Source: Bugula neritina (lineage: Eukaryota; Animalia; Bryozoa). Taken from it: DNA of 64,000 nt. Below the pieces are notes generated by a model. It did not search any database. It had not been told where the DNA came from and worked only from the letters and a program-made list of their open reading frames with translations. The translations under genes were made by a program, and so were the position numbers. Location of the stretch: NCBI GenBank assembly GCA_964035545.1, contig OZ037766.1:2604001-2668000 (forward strand), in the 5' to 3' direction. This document shows positions 52,601 through 64,000 of the stretch, piece by piece; position 1 is the first letter of the stretch; the number at the start of each line of letters is the position of its first letter.

Positions 52601-55600
52601 TTTACTAATTTTTGTTTTGGGCTCGGGTTGAAATTCTCGTGAGAACATAACTTCTTATGCTACATTTCTACTCTAGAACACAGACTTTTTTCAATTTCTC
52701 CATTACTGCACCTACCTCCACCGGAAGGTTAGACTCGTAGTAGAGATGAGTTATTTAGTATTGTACTATTTTCTGCAGGGTTGTTATTGCTGACCTGAAG
52801 GATGATATAGCCGCTGTCGGCATGGTGCTGGACGGCAGCGTGTGTGGAGAGGGCATGATATGCATGGGGTCGAGATGCGTCAGCGCTGACTCGGTGTTGG
52901 GTCATACAGACTGTCCGACAGGAACCAACAACCTAACGTGCTCTGGCAACGGGGTAATTGTTATTCCGTTATATCCTTGCATTGGCCTAGAGTCCTCTTA
53001 GGGATTCTTCTGTGTCAAAGTTACACCGTGGCTGTTGCATGTATATTGTATATGAAAGTTATATGGAATGGTGTCTTTGCATATCTTACCAGATTTGGGC
53101 GTGGAATAGTATTGCACTTTTTGTTTACTTATTATATTATCGTTTGTCATGTTTATGTTGGCATATACTTGGCAAGCTCTGCTCCTATAGGAAATAACTT
53201 TGTTGTCACTTTTTATGTGCAAATGAAATGCTGTGTTCTGACATTTTGAAACCCAGTTTTCCAGGCTATAAGATTTTATAGACGTACACTGACTAGAGTT
53301 AACTGAGCGCTGCAGGGAGAAAAGTGCTTTAGCCAGTTGTGGTGATGCACAGTTTAAATATTGGTAACGGCACCATGTTTATGTTAATGATAAAAAGTAT
53401 ATCATTTATGATAGAAGTATACTATTATGTATTTGTTTACAGCGTTGTGTATCTATTTACAGCGTTGTGTATCTATTTACAGCGTTGTGTATCTATTTAC
53501 AGCGTTGTGTATCTATTTACAGCGTTGTGTATCTATTTACAGCGTTGTACTACTGCCAAAGCCTGCTCTTGTAACCGCGGTTACGGAGGTATCCTGTGTG
53601 ATAAGAAAGTTCCCGTTTCCCTGTCTGAAGTTGATGTAAACACTGGATTGTCTTCTCCCGAGGACACAACTCCTATGTTGGACGTAAAGTGGCTGATAGT
53701 CATCGTATGCGTGGTTGCCGTAGTAACTGTGTCAGCGGCTGTCATAGCGTTTCTCTTCTGCAGGTAATATTTGACGGTTGGTCTGTGCTGTTCACTTTGA
53801 CACTCAGGATATATGAGCTTTTAGTTTCCTGTGCAGCCACTGGTTTAATTGTTGAGTGTTGACCAGTTTTGTATAGGGATATGTAGGTGTAGCAGTTTGC
53901 TGCTGGGATGTTTGCTTATCAATGGGAGTTATCTTCTCTATACTATAAATACTCTTCAATAGTCTAATGTTGGTGTGAGTGAATGCCGCACAGTCTTTCA
54001 TTTATGAAAATATTGTTATCTGATAAATATAATCGATCCCTTTATTTACTTTGACAACTAAATCAGGGCAAGTTTTGAATTTGCTATGACACAATATCTG
54101 TTTTTGCTCAATAGATTTTTTTTAAATGCTGGTGGAGTGTGTTTGCAGCCGGTTTCACATTTGTTGAAGTCCTTTACTGCATAACCTTTAGCTTTTTTTT
54201 GGAAAGTGGGCAGTTGACTTGTTGATTAAATTTTTTTTTCAGGAAATGCTGTAAGAATAACTTCATGAAAAATAAGTTGAGACCTTAACTGATTTGCTAA
54301 ATGCTGTCTTCACAGTTGTTTAGATTACTTACTATCATATTGTCTTTGCAGAAGGCAGGTTGTTTCACCGAACAGAAAAAAGTCCAATAAGCGAAAAGAA
54401 TCTCATTTAAACGAGAGTATAGACCTGGAGAAAGATCGAGCCATCACCTTTGGGCAGACACCCTCTTATAGGTAAGACTCTTACACCTTCTTCTGTTTGC
54501 CTGCGGTTGACGAATATACTGTTGAATTTACATATACTGCGTAATATTTGTAAGAAATGTGGTTTCAAAAAAAGAATAATACATAACACTTTGTGACGTG
54601 ATGTTGCGGTGTTATAGGTCAGATAAGGATGGTACCAAAAGGAAACGCAGACGTAAGAGAAAACCCTCTTCGAGTGGTGAGGATGAGACAGACAGTGATG
54701 AAAGACCTTCGTCAGTGCGAGTGGATATTCCTATACCCGAGGAGTTGTCTCGTCAACCCCAGAGAGGTGAGCCTGGAAAATGTTTTTTTTTTCTTTCTTA
54801 ATTGGAGCATGCTAAATTACTTTTTTATTTTAAATGAAAAATATGAAAGGTGTAATTTTAGTCTCAAAGTAAAACAACCAATAGAAGACAATGAGTTATA
54901 TTTTGGAGTTGTTGCTACGTGGAGTTTACTGCCATTAAATATTATTTTGGCCATTGTGTATCATTAAAAATATTTATTAAAGGAAGCATTGAATGCATTT
55001 TTGTCTTTTTTCAATTTGCCAAAATATATTTTCATATAATATAACAAATTTTAAATTAATACATTTGTAATAAATAAAAATTTGTAATGAATTGTTCTTT
55101 TTTTAGTTATTTCCTAAATGAATACTAAAAATTAGATTGGTTGTGTCTTTTCAATTGTAAAGCTGGTAATGTAGGAGTTTTTACTGGCTGCACAATCTAT
55201 AATAGGAAGTTGTTGACTGCTGCAGGTATTCTGAAGAAGTCCACATCCTCCGCATTCGAGGGGATAGAAGACGACGAGTGCCACTCGCAGTGTTCGTGTA
55301 CCGACACCGGTTCCTGTAGCTGTAGTGATCACGAGACTCATTCAGTGCCCAGCAATATTCATAACATGACGCACCAAGACTCGGAGCAGGGAATACCACC
55401 TCCCCGAGAGTTTGAGACCAACGCGTATAGAAAGAAGATAGACACTAGTGTAGAGGTTGAGATTAACCCGTGTATGGAGTCCTCACCGACCGACTCGGAG
55501 CACATGCCGGAAGTCGACCAGTACTACAAGACTTTTACACCTCCATATAGTAAATACAACTCACCGCTGCCTTATCAATCACAGCAAGGAGCTGACTCTG

Positions 55601-55998
55601 CCACCGACAGCGCCATAGACATGCCTGGAGATGGCAGTGTTAGTACAATAAATGACATTGCACCTCATCACCACGGTAACCTAGCCAATGGCAGCGGTCA
55701 GTATAAACATAGACCTACAGCTCTGGACTACCTAGAACTGCATTCTCACTCAGATGATTCTCGTTCTTCTAGAATATTCCGACCACCACCTCCGCCTTAC
55801 GTTAAGAAAAGCCCATCTGTTGGAGTTCAAGGTCAAATCTCTAACCAGCCCGTGATGATTGAATATAACAAACCACCAGTCAATAGGTTTTTGGAAATGA
55901 GTGGAATCACTTGCGCTCCTAAAATCAGCCAATCAGAAAAAGACATGTGCTCTCGCAATGCAGCTGAATTGAGAGTGGACGACTCCGTTGTTGTCTAA
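36239..55998 (+). CDS. ADAM disintegrin-metalloprotease-like membrane protein lacking the catalytic Glu (mind-meld/UNC-71/ADAM11-22-23 type)
   Basis: ~21 exons: signal peptide (36239-36404); prodomain (~39014-39168, 39468-39541, 40334-40373, 42272-42363 ENCYYQG..MSTCDGL, ~43226-43291, 43665-43790); furin site RVRR; M12B domain (~45343, ~46251, ~46706, 48763-48932 HMIGHNIGLLHD, ~49765 CIM Met-turn); disintegrin (CGNGFVERGEQCDCG, 50444-50620); Cys-rich; EGF; TM (53543-53763); cytoplasmic tail to the stop at 55998. Some exon ends are approximate. Confidence 0.92.
40597..40691. repeat. (TA)n microsatellite
   Basis: Perfect TA run. Confidence 0.97.
43809..44393. repeat. 37-bp minisatellite (ACTGAGCTCTACAGTGTACAGCTTGTTACAGTATACC) x ~16
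   Basis: Head-to-tail units with no unique spacers, starting ~20 nt after an ADAM donor site. Confidence 0.95.
49533..49658. repeat. (CACT)n microsatellite
   Basis: Degenerate tetranucleotide run. Confidence 0.9.
49828..49985. repeat. (TATAC)n-type low-complexity repeat filling most of a short ADAM intron
   Basis: TATAC/CTATA units between the donor at ~49814 and the acceptor at ~49991. Confidence 0.85.
51563..51860. repeat. 42-bp minisatellite (ATTGTATACGCTACTATATGTTAGACTAGTGTGTATTATATT) x ~7
   Basis: Tandem units; explains the repetitive spurious ORF 51572-51922. Confidence 0.95.
53436..53548 (+). repeat. 20-bp VNTR (TTTACAGCGTTGTGTATCTA) x ~5.6 spanning an ADAM splice acceptor
   Basis: TTTACAG/CGTTGT occurs with AG ending at 53442, 53462, 53482, 53502, 53522 and 53542. 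Confidence 0.95.
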
Positions 55999-56834
55999 TT
56001 TTTTCATACCTATACTAGATTTTTTCATTCAGTTTTGCTCACTCATTAATAATTTTTTGCATGTTTTTTTTCTATTTAATATTTTACCAAGATCTCTAAA
56101 CACTTAATTTTTGAGCTAACTAAATGATATATTTGTAAATAATTATGTCAATCTTTGTATATAATTTTGCAAAAGAATTATTTATTTCATTTTTTAAAAT
56201 TTAAATAATTTGTGAATACTGTATGTAAAGTTTTTTTTGTATTTGTTGTTATTGCATTTTTATTAAAATAATATAGATTAGTAATTTTTTGATATTATAC
56301 CAAGTCATTTTACTGACAATATAATGATAATTAACATCTATGTATTTACACTCAATAAAATTTTTACCATCTATTAAAGGTTAGAAAATTTTAATGCACA
56401 CTAAATTTTAGAATGCATCAATAGATATATACAAAACGAAAACACTATACCATTCACAGCATATGAGATTACATAATGTATTTCGGATAAATTAAATTGA
56501 AAATTTGTCAAAATATGTTTTAGAAAGAAATTTTAAACAGGATAAACACAATTATAATAAACTATTCAAAGGCAAAATCCTAATTTATATATATATTCTA
56601 ACATGGCAGCAGCATTATATAGAAACATTTAGATTAATTGCTTGCATCACAATGACTGTCTAAACTCTAAAGTGAAGGAAACATGAAGAATGGAGTGGAG
56701 CTTTTTCTAATATTGCAGTATTCACATCTGTAAGGTTATTGTGAAAACATTATTGTAAAGCTTTTCCCTAAAAGACTGCAACAAATTTGGCAACAGGAGT
56801 AATCCAACTGAGACTGGGCATTGGTGCAGTGGTC

Positions 56835-59800
56835 TCACTTGGCCTTTGTCTTCTCTTTAGAATTGCCACCTAAAAACAACAATTTCATTTAAAACATGCC
56901 TATGAGAAAAAAGTTCTTTTAAATATTTTCTTGCAGAAACTGAATACCACAACACAACAAGAAGCCAAAAGACCAGCAGTGCTGCATCTTTGCTGTTTCA
57001 AAGTGATTTTCTGATGCTGACTAAATGAAAAAATTGCATGTACATATTTTTCCATCTACATAGAGTTAGAATAAAATATCAGCCTGATATCATAAAATAT
57101 TTGCTTCTTTTACTAACACAACAATACCATACTAGCTAGCCCAAACAGGTGGTGAGCATAATTTCCATTTTTAAAACATATGGCTTAACAATGTACAATC
57201 TGGTTCATAAGTATTTGAGTTCAAGGTAAATTAAATGTGAATGAAACACTCATTGCCAAATCTGTTCAAAGTTGAGTTTCTTCAGTTTTTTTATAAATAT
57301 TTAATTTCTAAAACTTCAATCTTTTGCAAAACAGTGATTTGGAGAAATAGTATCTTCTTTATGCCGATTATAGGTAATGGTATCAAATTATCTTCTAAAT
57401 CCAATCTTAAGCTCCAAAAGATGCCCACCCACGCATTCGGATGAGCAGGATAGCTATAAATAACTCACCCCAGATTTTGGCTGTCATCACACTACCAACT
57501 TTATACAGCAGCAGGAAAAACATCCAACTGAGGGCAAAGAATGCTATTCTGAATGGCCAGTTCATGACCTCCAGAATAGGGTAGACCCAGATAGCCTTTA
57601 CCAGTCCCAGATAGAGCACCCTGTGTAGAGTTGAGGAGTATTTAAAGTGGGAGTGGCATGTATACAGGAAGTGACATACAGGAAGTGACATACAGTAAGT
57701 GGCATACACAGGAAGTGCAAATCATAACTGTTAATAAAGTCTTCAGCCTATTATGCAACACTATGAACACAAAATAGTAAATAAGGTACAGAAATCCAGC
57801 CAATTAAGTAAAACAATGAACTTAGGAATTATCCTATCTTTCTTACCAGCATTGATAGAGCATTGCAAAGGCGAGTAGAGTGATCATACCGGTAAATGGT
57901 TTAGGGTACTGGTGGTGCACTAGATATTTGTCAACTACTAGGAAGGGAATGTGGACTGTGTGCTGAAAACGAGACACAGAACTATTGAGCATGAGTAAAT
58001 GATAACAGAAGAATAAAAACACTTGAAAGGTATTACAACACTAGTTGAACAGCTTTTATCAAAGATTTAATAACCTGATACCCTCAAAATAAGGTAATAA
58101 AAGTTACAAAGGTGAAGAAAAAAATGTAAAAACAAGAATCGTTTCTTTGAAAGCAGCCTATAATAACAATGCCTCATCCTAATCTTTGATATGGTCATAT
58201 CCTACACTCTAAAGTCTATACAACAGCCATACAAGTCATTGAGTGGATACAAATCCAATAAATGTAACATAATATTATTAAGCTACAGTGAAATGATAGA
58301 GCTTACCATGACATGGTTGAGCCAAGAGGGAATAATCTTATCTAATATTTTAGGATAGACCAGCTCTCTGTCCACGGCATATATCATCCAGAACATGATG
58401 CATACAAACTACAACATACAATGACTTCTGACCAACTGACAGTGTGACTGATTGAGTGAGTACTAGTGACTAACTGAGTGACTGAATGAGTGAGTACTAG
58501 TAACTGACTGAGTGAGTACTAGTGACTAACTGAGGAGCTGAATGAGTGAGTACTAGTAACTGACTGAGTGAGTACTAGTGACTAACTGAGTGACTAACTG
58601 AAAACCTACTGGTGACTTTTTGAGGTAACACTGACTGAGTGACTAATTGAGTGAGTACTAGTGACTAACTGGCAACTGCGGTAATAATAGTGACTAACCA
58701 AGGTGATACTAGTGATTGACTGAAGTAGTAGTACTGATGACTGATAGAAGTTTAGTAGTGCTATGTGACTGAAATATGTGAATGTAGCTGCCTTTACCAG
58801 TGTAAATATCAATATCTCATTTTGGAAATACTCACAATTCCCACAGGGAAAGCTAGTGAAGAATGTAGCACATCAACGACCCTGTGTAGCTTTCCTTTTC
58901 TATGTTCATAGGAAAAGGTTGAAAGCCCAGCTAGCACTGTTATACACCAGTATATTGCTTGTAGCCACTGCAACATCAAACAGTATGTACACAGTAAACA
59001 GTATGTACACAGTAAACAGTATGTAGAGAGTAAACAGTATATACACAGTAAACAGTATATACACAGTAAACAGTATGTACAGAGTAAACAGTATGTACAG
59101 AGTAAACAGTATGTACAGAGTAAACAGTATGTACACAGTAAACAGTATGTACACATATAATAGTATGCTGTAATAATAACAAAAGTTATAATTTTTCTTC
59201 CCAGTTTTTATGATTATTATAACTGGTATAGTTGAGAATAACTAACTTCAGGTTTAGCTGAAAATGCTGGTTGCAGTTTCCTACCAGCAACAGCTGTATT
59301 AGAATGCCTGCTCATAGTAAACTATCCGTATTGACAGAAAAACAATGAACTTGAGAATTTATTAACAAACTTATAGTTATTAAATCTAGCATCTTATTTC
59401 AATATTTGTGAGATAAGAAAAGGGTACTGCCTTATCTGTTAGATAAGAAAGCTTATTCCTATGGAATACAGGGGAAGGGGAGGTTGAATCTAGACTTCAC
59501 CTCCCCTTCAAAGCTAACAGTTCCTACAGCCAAACTTGTGATTAAAATAATAATAATTATACCATATTTATGAAGGTCAGGAACTTAAACTTCCCACCAA
59601 AACCTTTGTAGTTCCAGAGACTCTCTCCAGGAAAGACAGCAAAGTTGATGTCATAATACAATGTGAATACCAAAACTGTACTCAGCACCACTTGTATAGC
59701 AAACACGCTCAGCGACATTGCTGATCAGTACTACCACAACTAGTAACGCTCAGTGAGTGCAACCGGACTCCAGCTACTTAGCCCGACAACTAGTTGATGA

Positions 59801-60972
59801 ATGAATTAATACAAATATCATTAAAGCTGTCAACACAGTGCATCATAATGTATTATTCACACATCAATGACCAGTGCAGCTCATTCATGGGATGAGCGCT
59901 ATAGCGTAGTGCCCGCCTTGAACATTACCATGTAATGTGCAAAATTCGTGGCTACAGTAATTGGCTAAACAGAAGTTGCAACGCAGCTCGTTTGGCTGTG
60001 CATGAATGCGGTTATAAACGTGAAGAAAGCGCAAGGATTTACGCCTGTGGATGTTTTGTAAAGAGTGAATACAGCTGGTTTCTCGGTGCTTTTAAGCCTT
60101 TATAAAGTCTAGACAAACAAATAGATTGATAGGCTAAACATTGGTTTGAAGGTCAGACTGCCATTATTTTCTTTAAACAGTAACAGTGTTTGGTACACCT
60201 ATGGGCATGGCTAATGTGAGTTTATGCTTGTTTAAAGAAATTCGGTAGATTCATGTAGCAGTATCACTATGTCTATGACTATAAGTATAGGCATAGCAAT
60301 TCAAAGCAATGATGTTTGCAATGCGACCAAAACCAAATCTAAGAACTAACAACCAAAATCAGCGAAATGCTGTAAAATCAAGTCACTCTGAAACACACTG
60401 TTTTGTTATAAAGAGGCATTCTTTTTTTGCACAATTTGTGATCCAGAATGTACTATGGACGTCGAGTAAGTATCGAGTAAGAAACTGAGAGCAAGTACAA
60501 CAGTCAACAGCGACTGAGTAACTCAAACTGTTTCAGTTTGTAAAACCAAGTTGAACTTAAATTTAAAACGTCAACGTCCCATCAGTATGAGTATGAGTAT
60601 CACCAATTCTGAATTTCGAGTCTTACTTACGAAATTTAATACGTAATAATTATAATCATTATCATTATGAGATAATTAATACCAATATGAATATGTGATA
60701 TAATAATCAAAATGATTGTGATATTAATAATTAACGTAACCACAAAGTCAACTGATTTACTCTTACTCTCAGAGCTAGTAGTAGTTTAAGTTTGGAATGA
60801 ATCCCATCAGCTCACCTACCAAATTTAAATGTGTAAGAAACTTTAATTTTCCTCCAAAAGAATTAGCTTTAGTGGTTAGTGGCACACGTTCTGCATCAAA
60901 AATTAAAGAACCAGCAAATACGGAGAAAAAGGACAAGTAAATTAACCAACTACCAACAAATTTAGTCTGCAT
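56835..60972 (-). CDS. AIG1: AIG1/ADTRP (FAR-17a) family transmembrane Thr hydrolase with two alternative first coding exons
   Basis: First exon A 60972-60820 (..FGGKLKFLTHLNL) or B 59718-59563 (..FGGKFKFLTFINM). Shared exons: 58967-58836 (LAFPVG), 58408-58307 (FWMIYAVDRELVYPKILDKIIPSWLNHVM), 57962-57847 (HT..HQYP), 57620-57469 (WVYPIL), 56869-56835. Phases consistent. Confidence 0.9.
58430..58680. repeat. Degenerate GACTGAGTGAGTACTAGTGACTAACT tandem repeat
   Basis: Repeated units next to the AIG1 exon 3 acceptor. Confidence 0.8.
58978..59153. repeat. 18-bp minisatellite (AAACAGTATGTACACAGT) x ~9.5
   Basis: Tandem units abutting the AIG1 shared-exon acceptor; explains the repetitive ORFs at 58809-59182. 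Confidence 0.95.
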
Positions 60973-61678
60973 TTTCACAGTTTAATTCAAGACTGAAGAG
61001 CTGGGGCCTGTAGGCGTAGCTGCACACAAAATTTTGAACGGGGCCTCTCGTAGATACGCGCTCATTGCGTCTTATAGGAATTGTCCAAGACGCTAAGATT
61101 ACGTAAAAATTTCCTACTGTGGACTTTGAACTTCAAAGGACATGCTTCGAAAGAATATGAAAAGTTGTGAAACTTTGGAAGATGAATTAAAGGAACTGTT
61201 TGATTTTTTGGTGACTTGACTGCCTATAGTATGCTATTTGCATATGGTTAAACTGCATATATTATAAAATATAGGGATAAACAGAGATGACAAATAAAGA
61301 GTACTGGTACACCCATAGGGCCATAGCACTATACTACTTCCAACATCTCAGTTTTGTTTTCCGGTCACTTTCTCATAAACTGGCCATAAATTACGTAGAA
61401 TTGCATATTTACTAGCTAACAATTAAATATAACATAAAGACAATAAATTTCGTGAATATATTTGTATTGGACATATTTATTATGTATAGTAGAGACTTAG
61501 TATACAAACATTTTATAAGTATATATACAGACAGCATAACATTATAAGTTATAGTATGCAGAAGCTTTCAATTATTCAACACATTATTTACATATTTTGC
61601 AAATATCACAAGAGTTGTGTTCCCATCCGATACTTCGTATCTTTTGTATCTTATATACAAGAGTTACAGTTGATATCG

Positions 61679-63528
61679 TCAGTTTCTCCTGTGACGTCTA
61701 AAAAATAAAATAAAGGCTAAGCAACAAGTACCCAATGCATTTAATGAAAACAATTTATGGAATATTAAATAAAACTTAACTGTCGGTTCATAATTACCAA
61801 ACATGTAGGGTATCAGCATAGGAAGTTGCATAGTATTGTATGATTGGCTGACAACATAATATGAGTAATATGATTGGTTGTTGGTATAAGTTGAACTTAG
61901 TATTGCTTATATCATAAATAGTATAACACCTAAACAAAATAACATCATAGGATGTTGACAAGTGTTGGGGGAGACGAACTACCCACCTGCCATGTTTTCC
62001 GGCTGCAGCTCCACGGATGAACGCCCAGTCGACGTGGATGGTTTGACCTAGAATATCTGTACCATTCAATGCCTTCATTGCCTCGTCAGCCTCTTTGAAG
62101 GTCTCAAACTCCACCAACGCATATCCCTGGAATAAACACACATACATTGCTTGCAGCTTGTGTGAACAATATAACAAGGTATACTGCAGCCACATGAAGT
62201 CACCTTCTAGATAGTGCAGACAGAGAGAGTCATACTTGATTACAAATAAAAGAGCTGTAGTATCTAACAGTTCACCGACAAATAATAGTGCAGTGTTTAC
62301 ACCCATTTTTAATAAATTGTGAATCTACTAATTTCAACCTACGTTGAAACTTTTAAATGTCATACCCAAGTTGTCTAAGATTGTTAACAAATCTTTACAG
62401 CCAATGACCAGTTGGCACTTACTTTTATAAACCCAGTTCTTCTGTCCAAGTTGAGATGCAGATTCTTAATCTCTCCGTAATCCGCAAACGCATCGTAGAC
62501 ATTGTCTTCCTGAGCCTCTTCATGCACTCCCGTAACAAACAGGATCCAGCCTTCCACAGCTATACCAACCGGAAATGGCATTCGATAAATGGCATTCAGG
62601 TAAATTGTCTAGTCAACATATCACAGGAACTACATAAGCTCATGTCCCGTAAAACATGTCACAAAAGTGGCCAACAAAATATATCCTTATCAGGTATTTT
62701 GTCGCTTTTTTATTACTTAGTTTCTATTTAAATATCTATAACTTTGAGCATGTACACGAGCATACAGTAACAACATACATAGCCAGATGGTAATCAGGAA
62801 GACCTAGCTAAGAGATACACAGTAATATATAATATATACACTTGATAGCCTAGCTGAGCACAGATTATATGAGAACTGCAAAGAGTATAAATAGAGAAGA
62901 CAACTAACAGCGCTGAGGTCCAGTGGCAGAGGTCAGTTCATCTTCCTCTTCCAAATCCATCACTTCATATTTCTCAACACTACTCTTAGTTATGCCTTCT
63001 GCAAACAAAGAAACCCATGAGTTTTCCAGACACAAGTCAATAAACCAGAATGGCAAATGTAGCTGCAGCCAAAATATTTTCTTGATTTTAAATATCAAAA
63101 ATTATATAAATGAAATACCTGCGATTCGAGTTACATTTTATCAGCCTGTATAATATCTAAGGTCAAATATACACTTTTACCTAATCAGTTATTACTATGT
63201 GCTAATAGTAATAGAATGTCAACAAGAGGCGTCTCATGATTTGTCAAATATCTTAGGTGACTTAGAGCAACATAAAAACTTTTTACAGTTCTCCAAAACA
63301 CTTCGTGTAAAGTTTCACCCATTTGCTACCCGGGTCTGTAGTTATTTTTCAGTCAAGTATTCGGAAATAGCTATTTACGATAGAAATTCGTATTAAAGTT
63401 GTTGAAGATCTTTTGATGTCGTAGTAACACACACTTACTAGTACATTTCAAACAACATAAAAACTCACCAGATCCAAAACCTCTGCCTTTGCGTTTTCTT
63501 GCACTACCTTTCAGCTTAGAAAGGTTGT
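61679..63528 (-). CDS. RBM8A: RNA-binding protein 8A (Y14/tsunagi, exon junction complex), 3' part; first exon probably beyond right edge
   Basis: Exons 63528-63469 ([14 protein letters not shown]), 62998-62909 (GPQR), 62559-62423 ([34 protein letters not shown]), 62126-61987 ([14 protein letters not shown]), 61697-61679. Confidence 0.96.
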
Positions 63529-63789
63529 CTAAAATGAAGAAAAACATCATCGTCAGCACCAAAAAAAAAAACTATGGTTGCAAAGTGAAGAATGCTGTTT
63601 CACCTGCAACAACTTTTCAGTCTGGGAAAGGATATTTCCATATGGAAAATCAAGATAAGTTTAGAAAATGAACAGTTTTTTCTTAGTGATTACTGTGAGT
63701 CTTAAGAATTATTGATACGACTATGAATATTGAGTTGAGTCAGTCGCTGCAGCATTTCTGATTATATTTATTATTATTATTATTTATAT

Positions 63790-63931
63790 CAGGGTTGAGG
63801 TCAATTACCTATGAATGTAATTAGTTACAATTACATTTTTATACATCAATTACAGATTACATTCAATTACTTGAGAAAGTGTAATTAATTACAACCAATT
63901 ACAATTACAAATTACAATTACCCCAACCCTG
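63790..63931. mobile_element. 142-bp hAT-type MITE in RBM8A intron
   Basis: TIRs CAGGGTTGAGG / CCCCAACCCTG, 8-bp TSD ATTTATAT / AGTTATAT, interior made of CAATTA(C) motifs in both orientations. Confidence 0.85.
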
Positions 63932-64000
63932 AGTTATATAGTAATTCACTAATTACTTTTGCTGCTATTGAGTATCAGTATAAGTAGTAGTAGTAGTATA

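Noticed and set aside
51572-59182. Repetitive ORFs at 51572-51922, 53427-53639, 58906-59154 and 58976-59182
   Set aside because: These are translations of intronic minisatellites, not independent genes.

Overview
AT-rich, intron-containing animal (invertebrate, probably lophotrochozoan; species not determinable) genomic DNA. Nine spliced protein-coding genes can be rebuilt from GT-AG, phase-consistent exons: a secreted VWD-domain protein (5' part, minus), RPUSD4-like pseudouridine synthase (+), CHMP1A (-), TSSK4-like kinase (-), BTBD19 (+), TEPP/SPMIP8 (-), a large ADAM lacking the catalytic Glu (mind-meld/UNC-71 type, +), AIG1/ADTRP (-) and RBM8A/Y14 (3' part, -). Mobile DNA includes a very young non-autonomous LTR retroelement (4-bp TSD, tRNA-Leu PBS, PPT, no gag/pol), three tRNA-derived SINE copies, hAT-type MITEs and many exon-flanking minisatellites. 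The most notable observations are: (1) a tandem-duplicated, apparently spliced TATA-driven micro-gene encoding a 42-aa ORF below the ORF-track cut-off; (2) two paralogous alternative first exons of AIG1, each carrying its own catalytic-Thr motif; (3) a 20-bp VNTR that copies an ADAM splice acceptor six times, in mixed frames, just before the transmembrane helix; (4) an LTR with a kappaB site pointing at the VWD gene; (5) a probable hAT excision footprint visible by comparing the tandem duplicates. All annotations come from manual reading and recall of protein families; no database search was run.
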